DNA of 64,000 nt from Patescibacteria group bacterium (GCA_028714495.1 JAQTMH010000004.1:64232-128231), one strand, 5' to 3'. Numbered from the stretch's first letter, positions 38,742 to 48,880 are shown. Numbers and translations are program-made. The notes: generated from the sequence alone by a model not told the origin.

Positions 38742-41156
38742 ATGCCGAAAACCAAGGGCAAAAAATTAATTTTGTGGTTTAAAGAAATCCGCAAAACTGA
38801 CGTAGGTTTGGTCGGCGGAAAAAATGCCTCGCTGGGAGAAATGTATCGCTTCCTAACTCCGCGAGGCGTTTTAATTCCAAACGGATTTGCCACCACCGCG
38901 TCAGCTTACCAAATTTTCTTGAAAGAGGCGGGGATAAAAAACGAAATCAGGAAAATTCTCGAGCAAACGAACATCCATAATATCCAAAGCCTGATGGCCG
39001 GCGGCCGAAAGATCAGAGAAACGATTTTACGGGCGGAATTTCCCAAGAAGCTGAATGAGCAGATCATCAAATCATACCGCCAGTTGGAGAAAGAGTTTGG
39101 CCGGAATTGCGATGTGGCGGTCCGCTCTTCGGCCACAGCCGAGGATTTGCCTGATGCCTCATTCGCGGGCCAGCAGGAAACCTTCCTCAATACTCGGGGT
39201 CCCAAGGAACTTTTGCTGGCTTGCAAGAAATGTTATGCCTCGCTCTTCACCAACCGGGCGATTTCCTACCGTCAAGACAAGGGTTTTGACCACTTTAAAA
39301 TCTCGCTTTCCATCGGTGTCCAAAAAATGGTCCGATCGGATTTAGCCGCCTCCGGGGTTATTTTCACGCTCGACACCGAGAGCGGGTTTAAAGACGTGGT
39401 GCTGATTAATAGCTCATACGGTTTGGGCGAGAACGTTGTCCAGGGCAAGGTTAACCCTGATGAATATTACGTATTTAAGCCGACATTGGCTAAGGGCTAT
39501 AGCGCGATCATCTCCCGGCACCTTGGCAATAAAACGCCGAAGATGATTTACAGCAAGAATCCGGCAAAGCCCACGGTTGACGTACCGGTCAGCGAAACGG
39601 ATCAGGCAAAATTCTGCATTACCGATCGGGAGGTATTGAAGCTGGCCAAATGGGCGGTGATAATCGAGGAACATTACCAGCGGCCGATGGACATCGAGTG
39701 GGCCAAGGATGGACAGACCGGCAAGATGTTTATCGTCCAGGCCCGGCCCGAAACAGTCCAATCGCAGCGCGATTATTCGGTACTGGAGGATTATCGTCTC
39801 GCTCGCCGAGGCAAGGTTTTGATAACCGGTTCGCCAGTCGGTTCAAGAATCGGCGCCGGCACGGCTAATGTCATCAGAGACGTAAAAGATATCAGCAAGT
39901 TTAAAAAAGGCGAGGTCCTGGTTACGGACATGACTGATCCGGACTGGGAGCCGATTATGAAGATTGCCTCGGCCATTGTCACAAATCGGGGCGGCCGGAC
40001 TTGCCACGCGGCGATTGTTTCACGCGAGCTTGGCATCCCCTGCATCGTCGGAACTAAAAATGGCACGCAGAAAATAAAGACTGGCCGTCAGATCACGATT
40101 TCCTGCGCCGAGGGCGAGATCGGCTATGTTTATGAGGGTCTTTTGAAATTCACCGTTAAGAAAACCAGCATTAAAAATTTGAAACGCCCGAAAACCAAGA
40201 TCATGATGAACCTGGGCGATCCGGACCAGGCGTTTGAATACAGCTTCATACCGAATGACGGCGTGGGTTTGGCGCGTGAGGAATTTATCATCAATTCGTT
40301 TATCAAAGTCCATCCCGGCGCGCTGCTCAACTTCGGCCGGTTAAAAGACCCCAAGGCCAGAAAGATTATCACTAGCCTGACTAAGGGCTATCCGAGCAAA
40401 AAACAGTATTTTATTGATCGGCTTGCCTCAGGTATCGGCATTATCGCCGCGGCGTTCTATCCCAAGGATGTGATCGTCCGCCTCTCGGATTTTAAAACTA
40501 ATGAATACGCCAATCTCATCGGCGGCCGGCAGTTTGAACCGGTGGAAACCAATCCGATGATCGGCTGGCGCGGCGCTTCCCGGTATTATGATCCGAACTT
40601 TGCCGCGGCTTTCGGACTGGAATGCCTGGCCCTAAAAAAGGTTCGCAGCGATATGGGTTTGACTAACGTGAAGATAATGGTGCCTTTCTGCCGAACCGTG
40701 GAAGAGGGGAAAAAGGTTTTGGCTGAAATGGCAAAATACGGCCTGGTTTCTGGAAGAAATGGACTGGAAGTCTACGTGATGTGCGAGATTCCCTCAAACG
40801 TGATACTGGCTGATGATTTTTCAAAGATCTTCGACGGCTTCTCTATCGGCTCGAACGATTTGACCCAGCTCACGCTCGGTCTGGATCGCGACTCGCAATT
40901 GGTCAGCCATATCTATGACGAGCGCAACCCGGCGGTTAAAAATTTAATTGCCGAGGTTATCCGCAAGGCTAAGAAGAACAAGCGGAAAATCGGCATCTGC
41001 GGCCAGGCCCCGTCGGATTATCCCGAGTTTGCCCGATTTATTGTCGAGGAGGGCATTGACAGCATGTCGCTCAACCCCGATACCGTGATAAAGACCACTC
41101 TGGATATATTGAAGCTGGAAAAGAAATTAGGTGGCCGGCCAAAGAGAAAAAGATAA
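38742..41156 (+). CDS. ppsA: phosphoenolpyruvate synthase (pyruvate, water dikinase)
   Basis: PEP-utilising enzyme mobile domain GGRTCHAAIVSRELGIPCIVG, 804 aa. Confidence 0.85.
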   Translation: MPKTKGKKLILWFKEIRKTDVGLVGGKNASLGEMYRFLTPRGVLIPNGFATTASAYQIFLKEAGIKNEIRKILEQTNIHNIQSLMAGGRKIRETILRAEFPKKLNEQIIKSYRQLEKEFGRNCDVAVRSSATAEDLPDASFAGQQETFLNTRGPKELLLACKKCYASLFTNRAISYRQDKGFDHFKISLSIGVQKMVRSDLAASGVIFTLDTESGFKDVVLINSSYGLGENVVQGKVNPDEYYVFKPTLAKGYSAIISRHLGNKTPKMIYSKNPAKPTVDVPVSETDQAKFCITDREVLKLAKWAVIIEEHYQRPMDIEWAKDGQTGKMFIVQARPETVQSQRDYSVLEDYRLARRGKVLITGSPVGSRIGAGTANVIRDVKDISKFKKGEVLVTDMTDPDWEPIMKIASAIVTNRGGRTCHAAIVSRELGIPCIVGTKNGTQKIKTGRQITISCAEGEIGYVYEGLLKFTVKKTSIKNLKRPKTKIMMNLGDPDQAFEYSFIPNDGVGLAREEFIINSFIKVHPGALLNFGRLKDPKARKIITSLTKGYPSKKQYFIDRLASGIGIIAAAFYPKDVIVRLSDFKTNEYANLIGGRQFEPVETNPMIGWRGASRYYDPNFAAAFGLECLALKKVRSDMGLTNVKIMVPFCRTVEEGKKVLAEMAKYGLVSGRNGLEVYVMCEIPSNVILADDFSKIFDGFSIGSNDLTQLTLGLDRDSQLVSHIYDERNPAVKNLIAEVIRKAKKNKRKIGICGQAPSDYPEFARFIVEEGIDSMSLNPDTVIKTTLDILKLEKKLGGRPKRKR

Positions 41157-41336
41157 ATAACATCAGAAGAAATATACGGCTTCCCGAGCGTAAAAACTCG
41201 GGAAGTTTGTTTATCAATATAGTACTCGCTGACGATTTTTTGAGTATTGACATTTTTGATAAAATAGTCTACCTTTTTAACTGCCTGTAATTTGGTGTGG
41301 AAGCGGCTTCAAAACCACTAGGAGGACGTAGCTAAA

Positions 41337-41636
41337 ATGGCATATGGCGATCAGACACCAGCGAGGGTCTCCAAGGTGCGCCTGGATGGTGTACTAGGTG
41401 AACAGTCGGTCAGAGAAACGAGGCGGCCGGAGGAATGGAATGATGTATTGAGCACGGTTCAGCTGCGCTCAATCGGCGATGGCCGGGTTCATGTGCGCAA
41501 TATCTGCGGTGATGTCCGAGTGGACGGCCAGCGGATCGGCGCAGCCCAGAGCATCACGCTCGAACCCGGGGCCCACTTCCAGGTGAATGGCCTGGTTGGT
41601 CAGATCATCGATCGGGCTCCCCACAGACCTTCGTAG
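41337..41636 (+). CDS. hypothetical protein, GC-rich singleton (weak FHA-like pattern)
   Basis: AGGAGG SD. A terminator hairpin lies at about 41650..41710. Confidence 0.45.
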   Translation: MAYGDQTPARVSKVRLDGVLGEQSVRETRRPEEWNDVLSTVQLRSIGDGRVHVRNICGDVRVDGQRIGAAQSITLEPGAHFQVNGLVGQIIDRAPHRPS

Positions 41637-41821
41637 TACGACTTCCACACGCTTACCCCGACCCCGTACCAGTCGCTAACGCTTCGGTACAGGGTTCGGG
41701 GTTCTTTATTTAATGAGTATTTTCAGTTATAGTGAGTATAGTTTTAGAGAGGTCGTCCCGGAATAAATCCGGGACAGGTGCCATGGTCTCGTGTGCTACA
41801 TTAGCAGAACGTGTATGGAGC

Positions 41822-41908
41822 GGAGGCGTGCCAGAGCGGTTGAATGGGCGTCCCTGGAAAGGACGTATACCCGAAAGGGTATCAGAGGTTCAAATCCTCT
41901 CGCCTCCG
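41822..41908 (+). tRNA. tRNA-Ser (anticodon GGA)
   Basis: Acceptor GGAGGCG/CGCCTCC, anticodon loop CUGGAAA, long variable arm UAUACCCGAAAGGGUAUC, T arm AGAGGTTCAAATCCTCT. Confidence 0.85.
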
Positions 41909-41999
41909 CCCCATATATGTTTGTGAATCCATGCCCCGTCTCTCTGCCCTAGCGCGGGTTCGCCTCCGCCAGTTAAAAAGAGTTTTAGATATTTAATTA

Positions 42000-42398
42000 T
42001 TGGCTAGAAACAGAATGAAACACGCGTTGAAAATTTTCGGTTACGGTTTTCTTCTATTCATTATAACGATGGTTCTTTTGTTCCTTCTCTCGATGATCAC
42101 TGGTTCGGATTCACCGGTGGGTTTTTGGTGGGTTGGGGTAGTCTTAGCGATTATCATGACAGCCACATCTTTTTGGTTTTCCCGTGGTCTGCACCCGGCC
42201 ACAGCCAAACAGGCGTTTTCTCTTGGATTAACCTGGGCAATAATGCTGGCTGGGTTTCTCCTCGTCATTGCCATTCCCAATGGTACGACTGATATCGTTT
42301 TTGGCAACTGGAGCACATACCTGGTCTTTGTTGGGGTAGCGGTCGGACCAGTATTTATGAAGCCGAGGCCGGTTGCGCCTAATACAAAAATGCAGTAA
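42000..42398 (+). CDS. hypothetical membrane protein
   Basis: 132 aa, 4 TM. Confidence 0.5.
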   Translation: MARNRMKHALKIFGYGFLLFIITMVLLFLLSMITGSDSPVGFWWVGVVLAIIMTATSFWFSRGLHPATAKQAFSLGLTWAIMLAGFLLVIAIPNGTTDIVFGNWSTYLVFVGVAVGPVFMKPRPVAPNTKMQ

Positions 42399-42407
42399 GA
42401 ATATTCA

Positions 42408-42436
42408 CGAGCGCAGGCACGGAGACCTGCGCTCGG
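42408..42436. repeat. REP-like GC-rich hairpin CGAGCGCAGG-CACGGAGA-CCTGCGCTCGG
   Basis: 10-bp stem. Copies at 44641..44667 and, inverted-core, 45286..45311. Related units at 44890..45060. Confidence 0.75.
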
Positions 42437-42438
42437 AG

Positions 42439-42819
42439 ATGAAAACAACACTCTTATTAAATATTATGAAACTCTTCAAATCTACTATCATCTTTTTCTA
42501 CCTCATTGCCGCTTTTTGGATTGCCTTCGGCGTGATGTGGCTGTTTCAAGAGTCGGATTACCGATGGTTCTACTTTACCGGAGCGCTTAGTAACGCAATC
42601 ATGCTGGCTATTTTGACTTATCTCATGAGCCGCGGCCGGAAATGGGCATATTGGTTGTTAGTCATTCTTCTGGCTTTAAATATTATTTTGACGATTACCG
42701 ATCAGATCGGCTGGTTTGACCTGGCGTATCTGGTGCCGGCTGTGGCGGCATTTATTTTGATTTTGAAGGTGAAAAAAGAAGTGACTACGGCAAAGAGTGA
42801 AAAGCAGATTATTAAATAA
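42439..42819 (+). CDS. hypothetical membrane protein
   Basis: Start taken at MKTTLLLNIM. 4 TM. Confidence 0.5.
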   Translation: MKTTLLLNIMKLFKSTIIFFYLIAAFWIAFGVMWLFQESDYRWFYFTGALSNAIMLAILTYLMSRGRKWAYWLLVILLALNIILTITDQIGWFDLAYLVPAVAAFILILKVKKEVTTAKSEKQIIK

Positions 42820-42829
42820 TTAGAAAAAA

Positions 42830-43090
42830 ATGAATGAAAGAGGACAAGAAAACCCAATAGAAAGAGAAGGCGGCGGCATTGAGACTGCCACCTCGTTTGA
42901 CGAGCTTTACGTGGCAATCCGCGCGCAAGGAAAAATAGTCGGTTCGCGAGAGGAATATGAGCCAGAAGAAATTATCGATCTCATCGAGGGTGTCAGGCTC
43001 GGCGGTATCAGATTAAATTATGTCACGCGTAGCAACGGCATTAGGGATGCAGTGAGACGCCTACTCCAGGTAGAGAAACCGGGGGAGTAG
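42830..43090 (+). CDS. hypothetical protein
   Basis: 86-aa ORF. Confidence 0.4.
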   Translation: MNERGQENPIEREGGGIETATSFDELYVAIRAQGKIVGSREEYEPEEIIDLIEGVRLGGIRLNYVTRSNGIRDAVRRLLQVEKPGE

Positions 43091-43162
43091 TGTGATGGGG
43101 GTGGGGGTTGGGGTGAGGAAAGAACACGTATATAGATTTATTGGTGATAAACACTAATAATT

Positions 43163-44188
43163 ATGGATTCATCTCTGATTAGTAAAAAGGTGGTAAAAGT
43201 ACATGCACATTGTTTATTTCCATTAAGCACTAATGGAAAATATTCTTTTAAATTCGGCAGTTGGAAGCTCATTGAACACAATAATTTTATTGCGATATTT
43301 GAAACTAATATTGATATTAATAACCCTGAATTACATCGAGAGTATTACAAATTATTAAATAAATTAGAATGTATTTTATCTGCTGTATATCTTATTGATT
43401 TTATACCAAAGAGAATTGATTATTTTGAAATTGAAAAATTATCTGATCTTACTCGTAATGAGCAGATACGACTAGTGACGATATTTGGAAACAAGCCTTT
43501 TGTACCAACAACCATAGAGCACGAAGCCCACAGATCATTTAGTAGTATGGGTATGGTGCATATGTTTTTAAAAGCGCAGCGGGGTATTAATTATTCGGCG
43601 CCAACTCAAGATATAAAAACATTGTATGAATTTTTGAATGAGCATACAAACATAGCAAATAGTACAGGGTTAATTCGAGAGGGATATTGGAATCTAAACT
43701 ACTTAAATCAAAACCAATTATATGGTTATTTTAACGAGTATTCCCTACGAAGCGCAATATTATTAATTGTATCAGGACTTGAGAATATTTTTACAAAAGG
43801 GGCAAAGCAAGAGATAATTTATCAATTCTCGACCATTGGGAGTATTTATTATGACAGATTTGTAACAAATGATTATTTTAATCAATTTGATAACGTAAAA
43901 AAAATACCATCAAGAGATTTCAGAATAATATTAAAAAAATTATATGATATTCGTTCGGCGATTGCCCACGGTAGCAGTGGTTTTCTCGGAAGTAAAATAA
44001 AGGAGACTAACGAAATATTTTGTAGAATGGGTATGCGTCAGGTTCAATATAAAAATATTCAGCTTTTAAGAGCTAATGCATTAATGTTATTTTCATTCCT
44101 TCAACCGCATATTCACGGAATTATAGTTCAAGCAAAAGAGAAATTAAGTATGGGGGGAGAGATAATCGAAGATACATTTATCAATTAG
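43163..44188 (+). CDS. HEPN-domain protein, abortive-infection-like putative RNase (AT-rich foreign gene)
   Basis: C-terminal LYDIRSAIAHGS contains the R-x4-H HEPN catalytic motif. Marked AT-rich composition relative to neighbours. Confidence 0.5.
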   Translation: MDSSLISKKVVKVHAHCLFPLSTNGKYSFKFGSWKLIEHNNFIAIFETNIDINNPELHREYYKLLNKLECILSAVYLIDFIPKRIDYFEIEKLSDLTRNEQIRLVTIFGNKPFVPTTIEHEAHRSFSSMGMVHMFLKAQRGINYSAPTQDIKTLYEFLNEHTNIANSTGLIREGYWNLNYLNQNQLYGYFNEYSLRSAILLIVSGLENIFTKGAKQEIIYQFSTIGSIYYDRFVTNDYFNQFDNVKKIPSRDFRIILKKLYDIRSAIAHGSSGFLGSKIKETNEIFCRMGMRQVQYKNIQLLRANALMLFSFLQPHIHGIIVQAKEKLSMGGEIIEDTFIN

Positions 44189-44244
44189 TGATTTGTTTCG
44201 AAATACGTATCAATACTGATTAAACTTATAAAAACATTATTATT

Positions 44245-44601
44245 ATGAAATTCATTAAGTCGTCAGATAAACCCTGGGAGGAGAAAAAGGGGTATAGCAA
44301 GAAAATCTTTCTTGATGAAGAAGATTTGCATACGCCAGGCGCGCGTATTCAACTGATAAAAATCAAACCGAAGGAAACGGCGAAAAATCATTACCATAAA
44401 AAGCAAACGGAAATTTCTTATTTCCTAAATAACAACGGATTTTATATTGTTAATGGTATAAAGCAGCAAGTGGAAGCAGGCGATGTCATTGTTATCGAGC
44501 CCAATGATCGGCACGAAGTGGTTAATAATACTAATAGTGATTTCTTGTATGTTGTTTACAAGCTTAATTATGCCGAAGACGATCTTTTTTGGGGAAAATG
44601 A
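44245..44601 (+). CDS. cupin-domain protein
   Basis: HYH...E...H pattern (KNHYHKKQTEISYF ... PNDRHEV). Confidence 0.65.
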   Translation: MKFIKSSDKPWEEKKGYSKKIFLDEEDLHTPGARIQLIKIKPKETAKNHYHKKQTEISYFLNNNGFYIVNGIKQQVEAGDVIVIEPNDRHEVVNNTNSDFLYVVYKLNYAEDDLFWGK

Positions 44602-44701
44602 TAATGACGTGTCGAGTGCGTTGAGGGCTGATATCGACATCGCGCAGGCACGGAGACCTGCGCTCGGCGGCTATCCTAAATAACATTAACAAATAAAAAT
44701 C

Positions 44702-44884
44702 ATGTCAAACTGCTTCCAAAAAGGCGGATCAGCTGGCGCGGTCTATGGCCTGGGCTTGATCGGCGCAGCTGTTTATTTTATCGGCCACGCGGGGGGTTTT
44801 TGGATCGGCGTGCTCGGATTTCTCAAAGCGCTGGTTTGGCCGGCCATGCTGGTTTATCGCGCGCTCGAGGTTTTGTATCAATAG
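44702..44884 (+). CDS. small membrane protein (60 aa)
   Basis: Gly-rich TM hairpin. Confidence 0.35.
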   Translation: MSNCFQKGGSAGAVYGLGLIGAAVYFIGHAGGFWIGVLGFLKALVWPAMLVYRALEVLYQ

Positions 44885-44889
44885 GGCTC

Positions 44890-45060
44890 GGGTGCGCCCA
44901 ACGAGAGCGCGGGCACAGACCCGCCCGCATTGCTTCACAACGCGAAGTGGGCGGGGACCCGCGCTCGGAGGATAATAATTATCCTATCGTGGGGGCGCGG
45001 AATTGAAAAAACACATCGCGCACCCGCGGAGGGGCGCGCTCGGAGGATAAAAATTATTCC
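44890..45060. repeat. cluster of REP-like GC-rich palindromes (BIME-like)
   Basis: Contains CCCGCCC..GGGCGGG, GGATAATAATTATCC and two CGCGCTCGGAGGATAA units. Confidence 0.7.
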
Positions 45061-45074
45061 ACCGTTCAAATCGA

Positions 45075-45353
45075 ATGACCCAACGAAGAATTTATCAAGA
45101 CGAATTCCCGTATTTCGTAACATTTCGGACGGCTGGGGACAATCCGTTTTTTGAAAACGCGAAATACGCCGCATTATTGTCGGATATTATATTCGAGGCG
45201 GGAAAATTGAAAGGATTTGACGTTTTATCGTACCAAATCATGCCGGATCACTTACATTTATTTACTCAAAAAACCCAAACCGACCACCGAGCGCAGGCCT
45301 CCGTGCCTGCGCGTACATCGAAAACGGATCGCGCACCCCGTTTTTTACTATAG
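45075..45353 (+). pseudogene. truncated REP-associated tyrosine transposase (RAYT, IS200/IS605 TnpA-like), disrupted by a REP hairpin
   Basis: HUH motif QIMPDHLHLF at residues 56-65. The ORF ends at 92 aa before the catalytic Tyr region. The REP-like hairpin 45286..45311 sits at the break. Confidence 0.6.
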
Positions 45354-45475
45354 GCACGGGAAATCCCAGAAAATATATCTTGTTGGTATAAAGTATTAAA
45401 GGGTATAGACAAGGAATTTATATAAAAGTAAAAGCCCCAAGGAAAGTATCCATGGGGCTTCGAACGAGCTGTTGA

Positions 45476-45838
45476 TCAGATCCCGTTGGTAGGGGGCCTG
45501 ATTTCGTAATCGTCGGGACTAAAGGTTGCGCCGATTACCCGCTTGGTGATCGGATGTATCCGGCATTCGATCATCGTTCCGTATCTGATCTGCGGAGCGC
45601 CGGTTCGAACCTCGAACGGGGGAGGCTTCATAGTGAAACACCGATGTTGCGTACCGGACGATTCCGGAATGTTGATGAACAGAATGAACTTCGGATCGCT
45701 CATCGGCCCCACTTCCCAGCTGTCCACGAAGCCGCTCTTCTGGATTGTGAGCTGAGGAATAACATGGGGCGCGACCATGACGACCACACACAGCGCCGCG
45801 AACAGAACGAGCAATATGACAACTCTTCTCATGATCAT
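45476..45838 (-). CDS. small secreted hypothetical protein, GC-rich singleton
   Basis: AAGGAGG SD then MIMRRVVILLVLFAALCVVV signal-like N-terminus. Confidence 0.5.
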   Translation of the reverse strand: MIMRRVVILLVLFAALCVVVMVAPHVIPQLTIQKSGFVDSWEVGPMSDPKFILFINIPESSGTQHRCFTMKPPPFEVRTGAPQIRYGTMIECRIHPITKRVIGATFSPDDYEIRPPTNGI

Positions 45839-45968
45839 CCTCCTTTGCAGACATCCGATTGAGTGCCAGTTGATAGTAACGAGCCATATTACCACAATGG
45901 ATCGTATTTGTCAAGGGTTTATATGTGGTATTATATATTTATAACGTAAAATTATTAAATAATTAATT

Positions 45969-47492
45969 ATGAAAAAAACACTAATTATCATTCTCGCGGT
46001 AATTATCTTAGCTGGCGCAGCTGTGGCTATTATCCGTTTTGGCTTTGGCGGGGATGAGGACACCTGGATCTGCGATAATGGCCAATGGGTGAAACACGGC
46101 AATCCATCGGCGGCACAGCCAACGACCGGTTGCGGGAACGCGACGAATACAAACACGGCAGCCAATACGAATTTACCAGTGCTGAATGTTACATACGTGC
46201 CGTACGCTAATCAAGAGCTCCTCTTTACCTTTGACACAGTAGATGAATGGACCTCGATCGCGCCTGAGGAGATCCAAAAATCCGTGACGGCTGAACAACG
46301 GCACGGATATGAGATACAGTATTTTTCTTCAAATACGGACGCGGTCACATTTTCGGTTTCAGAAAAGAAATCAGCCGAGCTCACGAATATCGCGGCCATC
46401 GTGGCTGACGACCGGTCGGTTTCAAAAGATAGTCAGAGCGTCACTTGGATAGACGAGCGTCTTGGCCAGAGTGATGCCCGAACTGAGCTGAGGCAGGTTG
46501 TCGGTACGACTGAATACACCATTTATTCACGCTATCTTATTGTTTCATCAGCTGCCGGAGAAACACGCTGGGCGCTAGCGGAAATTGGTGTTCCGTCGGC
46601 CAAGAAAAACCAATATAGCGGCGTGGTCGCGCATTTGCTTGACGCGCTGCAGCTGTCTGATGATTCATCCGGCAATGCTGATCCCTCGAAGCAACTCAAC
46701 TGGTCAACCATGGATCAGGGGCCATACCGCGACAAGGTTACGTATGCTACGGGCGCTAACCTGACAGATTGGAGAGTTTCGGGGAAAATATTGGCTGAAC
46801 ACGCTTCCGTGCCAGGCGCGGTAGTGAAAGACGGCACGATTTTTGTCTATTTCGTCGATGTCTCACAAGAAGGCCTGAAAGAACAGCTCGGTATGGTGAA
46901 ATCAACTGACAATGGGCAGACTTGGTCAACGTCAACCATACTGACAATTTCGGGCTTGGGAAATAAAGCCATGGCTGATCCAGCGCCGGTCTTGCTGGCT
47001 GATGGACGGATTCGACTCTTTTACTTTGATATCAACGAACGGCGCATAAGCATGCTGGCTAGCGGCATTGAGCCCACTAATAAGATTTATTCAGCCATAT
47101 CTAGCGATGGTGTTAATTTCACCCAGGAAGACGGCGTCCGTTTTGAACGAGCTGGGGTGTTTGATCCGGACGTCGAGCTGGTTAATGGTACCTGGTATAT
47201 GTATACGGGCGATGTTGAGACCAACCAGGTGATTGTCGCCACTTCGACTGACGGCCTGACTTTCACGGAAAAAGGCGTGGCGTATTCTGGCGGAGCCGTA
47301 CCGGATGTCTGGCAAGAAGATGGAAAATGGTATCTTTACCTGGCTGGCATTAGTCTGGCCACTTCGACTGACGGCCTGACTTTTACAGCTACAAGTACGC
47401 GGTTCAATGATCCAGCGTATAAAATAACGGCTGATCCGTCTGTGGTCCAGCTAGCGAACAACAGCTATTTGATGTTTTATAAAGTAAAGTAA
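45969..47492 (+). CDS. secreted BNR/Asp-box repeat protein (sialidase/glycoside-hydrolase-like beta-propeller)
   Basis: N-terminal TM/signal. Asp-box S-x-D-x-G-x-T-W (KSTDNGQTWS) plus repeated STDGLTFT units. Confidence 0.65.
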   Translation: MKKTLIIILAVIILAGAAVAIIRFGFGGDEDTWICDNGQWVKHGNPSAAQPTTGCGNATNTNTAANTNLPVLNVTYVPYANQELLFTFDTVDEWTSIAPEEIQKSVTAEQRHGYEIQYFSSNTDAVTFSVSEKKSAELTNIAAIVADDRSVSKDSQSVTWIDERLGQSDARTELRQVVGTTEYTIYSRYLIVSSAAGETRWALAEIGVPSAKKNQYSGVVAHLLDALQLSDDSSGNADPSKQLNWSTMDQGPYRDKVTYATGANLTDWRVSGKILAEHASVPGAVVKDGTIFVYFVDVSQEGLKEQLGMVKSTDNGQTWSTSTILTISGLGNKAMADPAPVLLADGRIRLFYFDINERRISMLASGIEPTNKIYSAISSDGVNFTQEDGVRFERAGVFDPDVELVNGTWYMYTGDVETNQVIVATSTDGLTFTEKGVAYSGGAVPDVWQEDGKWYLYLAGISLATSTDGLTFTATSTRFNDPAYKITADPSVVQLANNSYLMFYKVK

Positions 47493-47599
47493 CAAAAATA
47501 TCGGCAACGCTTAAAAAATCTGCCAGTATAATTATCAATCAATTATTCATTTAGCAAAAAATAGGGCTAGTCAGAATAGCTGTCGATGATAGAAAAACC

Positions 47600-48169
47600 A
47601 TGAAAAAATGGAAACGCAAAAGCACGGAACTCGTTTTGGATACAAAGTATTTTAAAGTTCGCCGAGATGTTGTTGAACTTCCCGGTGGACAGCAGAAGGA
47701 TTGGACCTATTGGGACAGCAATGATTCGGCCATGGTAATCGGTCTGACAGAAGACAAAAAATTGGTAATGATCCGTCAATACCGTTATCTGGTGAACGAT
47801 GAGGTAATCGAATTTTCTTCAGGTTCACTTCATGACAATGAACCGATTGAAGTAGGGGCCAAGCGGGAGTTTGAAGAAGAAACAGGCTATACTTGTAGTC
47901 CGGAACCACTTGTAAGATTGGGTTCGTTTTATGAAACGTATGGACAGTTAAATCGTCGGATACATATTTTCTTCGCTGATAAGGTAAAAAAGTCAACGCA
48001 AACTTTGGACAATGGCGAAGACGGATATGAGGATATACGCGTTGAACTGGTTGAATACAATGAAGCTGTTAAGCTGGCGCTGGAAGGCAAGATAGCGGCT
48101 ATGGGCTCGACCTTAGCGATGCTTTTGCTACACGAGAAAAGAAAGGAACCGGGATTAAATATTGACTGA
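47600..48169 (+). CDS. NUDIX hydrolase
   Basis: Nudix box GAKREFEEETGY. Confidence 0.85.
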   Translation: MKKWKRKSTELVLDTKYFKVRRDVVELPGGQQKDWTYWDSNDSAMVIGLTEDKKLVMIRQYRYLVNDEVIEFSSGSLHDNEPIEVGAKREFEEETGYTCSPEPLVRLGSFYETYGQLNRRIHIFFADKVKKSTQTLDNGEDGYEDIRVELVEYNEAVKLALEGKIAAMGSTLAMLLLHEKRKEPGLNID

Positions 48170-48175
48170 ATAAAA

Positions 48176-48742
48176 ATGACAAAATTTAATCTTAAAAACC
48201 TTGCGTCAGACAAACCCAGCATAAAATACTGCACCGCGAAGCAAGCCGTGGAACTGTCGAAGCAAAACCCACAAGCTCTCTATCCTAAGCTCGACGTATT
48301 TCTGCCGTTTCTCGACGGCGAAAACCATGTGCTCAAATGGGTAGCCATAATAATTATCGGAAATCTAGCCGGTGTTGACCGTAATAAAAGAATCGACCGG
48401 CTGGTGCCGAAATTGGCCGGCTTCTTGCACACCAAAGAATTAATAACCGCCGCGAATTCGATAAAAGCGCTGGGAAGTATCGCCCTGGCCAAACCTAAGT
48501 TCCGGGATGAAATTATCCGTCATATGTTGACGGTAGAAGGGGCTAATTATATAAGCAAGGGTAAAATATCTCCAGAATGCAGAAATGTCGTTCTCGGGCA
48601 CGTCCTGACCACGTTAGGTGAGTTGCCGGATGAGGCAATACGTAAGCCTGTAGTCACGGCCTTTCTCAAGCGCCAAACGAAAAACCGACGGCCAGCGGTG
48701 CGGGAGAAAGCGGTTGAATTGTTGAAAAGACATTGTAAATAA
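48176..48742 (+). CDS. hypothetical protein
   Basis: 188-aa ORF. Confidence 0.5.
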   Translation: MTKFNLKNLASDKPSIKYCTAKQAVELSKQNPQALYPKLDVFLPFLDGENHVLKWVAIIIIGNLAGVDRNKRIDRLVPKLAGFLHTKELITAANSIKALGSIALAKPKFRDEIIRHMLTVEGANYISKGKISPECRNVVLGHVLTTLGELPDEAIRKPVVTAFLKRQTKNRRPAVREKAVELLKRHCK

Positions 48743-48880
48743 AAGTCATCCTTTCTAACCGACTTTCCCGCTATCCTGCTTTCTAACCGACTTTAGTCGG
48801 GTAGTGAAAAAAAGGTGGGATCCCGTCGAACCTGTCCCGTCGAATGACGGGATGGCGGGATAGCCGGGTTAACGATGTTT

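Noticed and set aside
41732-41926. 64-aa plus ORF
   Set aside because: Coincides with tRNA-Ser(GGA).
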